64,000 bases of DNA, taken from positions 245,780 through 309,779 of the forward strand of contig JAXLZT010000001.1 of the NCBI GenBank assembly GCA_046350795.1, given 5' to 3'. Below, piece after piece: positions 60,048 through 64,000 of the stretch (position 1 is the stretch's first letter; the number at the start of each line of letters is the position of its first letter). The translations under genes were made by a program, and so were the position numbers. The DNA is from Minisyncoccota bacterium. GTDB taxonomy: Bacteria; Patescibacteriota; Minisyncoccia; Phycocordibacterales; CALRHW01. The notes below the pieces were generated by a model. The model searched no databases. It saw only the letters and a list, made by a program, of their open reading frames with translations, and was not told the origin of the DNA.

Positions 60048-61173
60048 ATTGTTCTATATTTTTGAGGGACGTTTCCCAAGCGAAAAAGCTGCATCGCTTT
60101 TTGCTGCAAAAAGTTGTGAGGCTTTTGTGAAACTTGGATATGAGGTGGTTGTGTTGGTCCCGCGTCGCATAGGCAGAGCCATAGAAGATTACGGGAGTTA
60201 TTATAAAATAGACAGTCGGTTTAAGGTTAAGTTTTTACCTATTATAGACTTATTTGGAATAAGATCTTTGTTACCGATAGCGTTTAGGATTTCACTTCTA
60301 ACCTTTTCTTTGTCAGTTTTCTTTTACGTTTTATTCAATCGTAAAAGGGGAGACGTAGTATATTCAAATGCGATGGTGCCACTTTATTTCGGTGCTCTGA
60401 CTGGCACCCCAGGTTTTTATGAAGTCCATGATTTTCCTGAAAAAAGTCTTTTTCTCTATAAACACATGTTGCAAAAGATGGCTTGGATATTGTCTACCAA
60501 CCAATGGAAAAAAGAAAAACTAATAGAGATTTTTGGTTTAGATAGTAAAAAAATTATTGTTGAACCAAATGCTGTAGAGCTCGAGGCTTTTGGAAAAGAG
60601 ATAGATAAGGCTGATGCGCGAAGACAGCTCAATCTACCGGCGGATAAAAAAATAATACTTTACACTGGTCATCTGTATGGCTGGAAGGGAGTTGATACTT
60701 TAGCGCAAGCATCTGACCTTATAAAAGGAGCAGAAATATATTTTGTGGGTGGGACAAAAGATGATTGTGAAAATTTTGCAAAAAAATATGGCCACATGAA
60801 GTCTGTGCATATCATAGGACATCGTCCACACACAGAGATTCCTCTCTGGCAGGCGGCATCAGATATCTTGGTTTTACCAAACACTGCCAGAGAAAAAATT
60901 TCCGCTTATTACACTTCGCCTATGAAGCTTTTTGAATATATGGCAAGTGGTAGACCGATAGTAGCTTCAGACCTGCCGTCTATTAGACAAATTACTGGAG
61001 ACGATGCAGCAATTTTGTTTAAACCGGACGATCCCAGGTCTCTTGCTGACGCTATTTCATCTGCGTTGGGCAATGAATGGCTTTGTGATAGAGTATCAAA
61101 TGTGGCAAGGGAAAGAGTGAAAGAACATACTTGGGAGAAGAGAGTGAAGAGGGTGCTAGATTTTATGGTTTGA
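60028..61173 (+). CDS. GT4 family glycosyltransferase
   Basis: It has the motif EYMASGRPIVASDLPSI. Confidence 0.8.
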   Translation: MNQKINRLFYIFEGRFPSEKAASLFAAKSCEAFVKLGYEVVVLVPRRIGRAIEDYGSYYKIDSRFKVKFLPIIDLFGIRSLLPIAFRISLLTFSLSVFFYVLFNRKRGDVVYSNAMVPLYFGALTGTPGFYEVHDFPEKSLFLYKHMLQKMAWILSTNQWKKEKLIEIFGLDSKKIIVEPNAVELEAFGKEIDKADARRQLNLPADKKIILYTGHLYGWKGVDTLAQASDLIKGAEIYFVGGTKDDCENFAKKYGHMKSVHIIGHRPHTEIPLWQAASDILVLPNTAREKISAYYTSPMKLFEYMASGRPIVASDLPSIRQITGDDAAILFKPDDPRSLADAISSALGNEWLCDRVSNVARERVKEHTWEKRVKRVLDFMV

Positions 61174-61183
61174 TCAAATTGTT

Positions 61184-62545
61184 ATGCAAGAATCTCAACA
61201 TTCGACAACAAGGTCTATTGCGCAGGGCACATTTGTCCTTTCCTTTTTTGGACTACTTACTAAGTTTGCTTCTTTCTTCACTGCCATTATTGTGCTTAGA
61301 TCACTTTCTATTCATGAATACGGTCTTTCTGAACTATCGATGACCCTGTTTTCTTTTTTAGGGATTCTGCTTCTCCCTGGAATATCATCAGTGATTATTG
61401 CTGACATGAGTTTTTGTAAGGGGCAAGGGAATATGCCTCGTGCAAAAGAGATTTTCAAGCGCTACGTTACCCTACAAAGTTTATTGTGTATTGCTGGATT
61501 TATTATTTTATTTTCCTCTTCTTTTTTTGTTGAATATTTTGCAACTGAAAACGTATCAAATTCTTTACGCATTTTGTCTTTTTCTTTTTTGATATCGCCG
61601 TTTCGTATGGCGTTTTCTATTCTATTTTCTGTAGAAAAAAAGTTTTTTTACCAGGGTATGATTGGTTTTTTTGAAGAATTTTTTAGGTTAGTTGTTGTTC
61701 TTTATATTTTTGTATTCCACTCATTTCATCTGGAGAGTGTTTTTTTGGCGAATACTATTGGTCAGGCGAGTGCTATGGTTTTCATATATCCATTTTTCTT
61801 AGTATCATACAAAATGTGGAGGCGTGTCATCGCCACTAATGGTGGACATGTTTTAGAATCTCTTTTTGCGCATGGTAAATGGGCTGTCTTTTCAACTTAT
61901 TTAAACACCTTTGGACAAAATATACGTTTGTGGATTATAAAAACAATACTCGGTACACCTGCTGTAAGTATTTTTTCATTAGCGGCTACTTTGTTGGCAC
62001 ACACACAATCCTTGTTCTCTCTTTCAAATGTTTTGGTACCAATTATTTCTGAAAAGATGTCTGATCGTAAATTGGTAAACATCATTATCGCAAAATCTAT
62101 AAAGTATCAGATGATTGCTTTCGTTATTATTGGGTTATGTTCACTCGTCTTCATGCCTTTTGTAATTTCTCTGGCCTTCCCCAAATATTTAATTGCTTTG
62201 AGTTCTTATAAATTACTTCTTGTTGCAATGTTGTTAGCACCGTTTGCTGCTGTGTTTACACCCATGTTTCAGGCGGCCAAACAACAAAAATCACTATTTA
62301 AGGCTACTTTTTTAAAGAATATATCAATTGTCGTTTTTTCAATCGTATTGTTGCCTGTATTTGGGGTGATTGGCGCATCAATCGAGTATTTGATAACACT
62401 ATCGATTTATCTTTTTGAAAGATACCGAGTCCTTAAAAATATTTACCCCGGGTTTAGGATTTCTTGGAAGAGTTTCTTCTTATACGATGATGTTGATAGG
62501 ATTATTGTTTCTAAGGTGCAAGACAAACTTTTTAAATGGATATAG
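61184..62545 (+). CDS. polysaccharide biosynthesis protein / oligosaccharide flippase (Wzx-like MOP superfamily)
   Basis: It has 12-14 TM helices and lies in the polysaccharide locus. Confidence 0.65.
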   Translation: MQESQHSTTRSIAQGTFVLSFFGLLTKFASFFTAIIVLRSLSIHEYGLSELSMTLFSFLGILLLPGISSVIIADMSFCKGQGNMPRAKEIFKRYVTLQSLLCIAGFIILFSSSFFVEYFATENVSNSLRILSFSFLISPFRMAFSILFSVEKKFFYQGMIGFFEEFFRLVVVLYIFVFHSFHLESVFLANTIGQASAMVFIYPFFLVSYKMWRRVIATNGGHVLESLFAHGKWAVFSTYLNTFGQNIRLWIIKTILGTPAVSIFSLAATLLAHTQSLFSLSNVLVPIISEKMSDRKLVNIIIAKSIKYQMIAFVIIGLCSLVFMPFVISLAFPKYLIALSSYKLLLVAMLLAPFAAVFTPMFQAAKQQKSLFKATFLKNISIVVFSIVLLPVFGVIGASIEYLITLSIYLFERYRVLKNIYPGFRISWKSFFLYDDVDRIIVSKVQDKLFKWI

Positions 62546-62583
62546 TGTTGTATACCAAAGACTATTTGGTATCATGAAAAAAC

Positions 62584-63474
62584 CTAAGAGATGTACCTTC
62601 CTTGAGATATTGCAAATTGAGCCTCTTTTGAAAGTGGTGTATCTGTGATTTTAAAATCTTTGGGAAATGAGTAGGTAGTATTTTCTATATAAGAAGTAGA
62701 AGAGAAGAAAGATGTAAACATCAGCCTCTCATTTTTTGTTGCATAACCGCCCTTGTGTATACCGCTAGTGTCACAAAATATTACTGTACCGGCTTTACCA
62801 GTCATCTTTTTTATGTTTTCTGTAGGAATTTTCTCTTTTAATTCTTCTTCTTTCATATAAATACCCTCTGGTGTTTTTTGTGGAAATAGTTTGCCGTATA
62901 TGCCCTCATGATTAGATTGCACTATATAAAAGAATGGTCCAGCATCATCACCAACATCATTTAGATAAATAAACATCTTGAATATTTTCTTTTCTTGTGG
63001 GTCACGATGCCATCGTTGTGACTGTACAGCGTCTGTTCCAGAAGATACTGGTATTGTCATGGCAAGATCATATTGTTTTAGTATTGACCACATTCCCATA
63101 TATTCATTTACTATATCTAGGATTTTTTTCTCTAAAGTTAATCTCAAAAATGGATTACTTAGATTAAAAATCGGAAATCTGTCCCAATATTTTTTTAAAT
63201 AAAGCTTTTTTCCTTGCTCCGCTTCTTCTGGGTGGAGAGTTTTTGAATAGTCAGAAAGAATCTGTAGCATGTTTTGTCCAGGAAATAATATATCAAGTGT
63301 GCTTACCGCTATACCAGTTTTTTTCATCTCGTCGACTATTCTTTTTTGCTCGCTATCGAGTGATGGTCTATTTTTTGATAATAAATCTATAGCTTTCTTG
63401 TTTATAAGCTTCCAAATTGGTCTTGCGTTTCGTGTTTTAAAATATATATGTAACAGGTATTTTTTTAGGTTCAT
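62584..63474 (-). CDS. hypothetical protein, possibly Fe(II)/2-oxoglutarate dioxygenase-like (PhyH-like)
   Basis: A 296-aa protein whose weak HxD...H pattern (WHRD...H) is the only support. Confidence 0.35.
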   Translation of the reverse strand: MNLKKYLLHIYFKTRNARPIWKLINKKAIDLLSKNRPSLDSEQKRIVDEMKKTGIAVSTLDILFPGQNMLQILSDYSKTLHPEEAEQGKKLYLKKYWDRFPIFNLSNPFLRLTLEKKILDIVNEYMGMWSILKQYDLAMTIPVSSGTDAVQSQRWHRDPQEKKIFKMFIYLNDVGDDAGPFFYIVQSNHEGIYGKLFPQKTPEGIYMKEEELKEKIPTENIKKMTGKAGTVIFCDTSGIHKGGYATKNERLMFTSFFSSTSYIENTTYSFPKDFKITDTPLSKEAQFAISQGRYIS

Positions 63475-63534
63475 TGGGGGCTTGTATTATGTTTGTATCC
63501 CGATATTATATCTATATTGTAGTAATAATGCTAT

Positions 63535-64000
63535 ATGAAAAAAACCATATTTATCACTATAGCTGAGGATATTATCTCTAGAAACCTTATTTTTACTGAT
63601 TTTTGGAAAGAATTTTATGCTGAAAATAAAGATCATAAAATCGTGTTTTTGGTCCAGCCAGACAGACTAGAGTATTACAAAGAGCTTTTTTCTAGTGGAT
63701 CTTTTGTTGGCACAGACATCGCGGTGGAGCAATACAAGAGATCGAGTGCTTCAAGGTTTGAAAATATGATCATGTCGCTTGCTCGTAGTGGTATCAATAG
63801 TCATACAAATCTGTGGTCAAAAATGCGTTCTTATAAAAGGGGACACTCAAGCTGGATAGACACTCACACAAAAAGAGTTATTGCTTTTTCTCTAGGTGGT
63901 TTTTCTTTCTATAAAAATATTATTCGCCGGCTGATTTTGACTTGGGAGTCTGATGCACGACTAATAGAGCTATATGATAAATACAAACCGACTGTACTTT
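63535..64000 (+). CDS. hypothetical protein (5' part; continues beyond the window)
   Basis: The ORF opens at ATG 63535 and has no stop before the window end. Confidence 0.35.
   Translation, partial: MKKTIFITIAEDIISRNLIFTDFWKEFYAENKDHKIVFLVQPDRLEYYKELFSSGSFVGTDIAVEQYKRSSASRFENMIMSLARSGINSHTNLWSKMRSYKRGHSSWIDTHTKRVIAFSLGGFSFYKNIIRRLILTWESDARLIELYDKYKPTVL

Overview
This is a low-GC (~35%) window with mostly + strand genes that looks like a streamlined, CPR/Patescibacteria-like bacterium. That placement is inferred from rRNA introns, an unlinked rRNA gene order, genes without Shine-Dalgarno sequences, many GT4 glycosyltransferases and a pilin-like gene. Recognisable genes include dut, argS, a NUDIX hydrolase, ileS, a recO-like gene, glyQS, metG, tatD, rpsF-ssb-rpsR, efp, recA, ftsK, rplJ-rplL, ftsW/rodA, secDF, pyk and murD-murC. 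There is a long surface-polysaccharide locus of glycosyltransferases, a methyltransferase, a flippase and an initiating sugar transferase. The rRNA genes are rearranged: 23S (with two ORF-less group-I-like introns), tRNA-Gly(GCC) and 5S lie about 8 kb upstream of 16S, and 16S is followed by a GC-rich lytic-transglycosylase-like gene and tRNA-Ile(GAU). The findings worth a second look are listed here. (1) A complete histidine-phosphatase (PGAM-type RHG) domain is inserted inside the isoleucyl-tRNA synthetase. (2) Two previously unrecognised families of structured repeat elements (family A, 3 copies; family B, 4 copies) have about 60-nt conserved cores embedded in copy-specific perfect inverted repeats. 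Both families show compensatory base-pair covariation and sit mostly at the 3' ends of highly expressed genes or in terminator loops. (3) An inverted pair of family-B elements brackets a GC-rich, SD-bearing HAF-repeat gene like a mobilised cargo cassette. (4) Three or four GC-rich (~52-58%) foreign islands carry Shine-Dalgarno sequences, whereas the 16S 3' end appears to lack the CCUCC anti-SD and native genes lack SD motifs. No CRISPR array was found.
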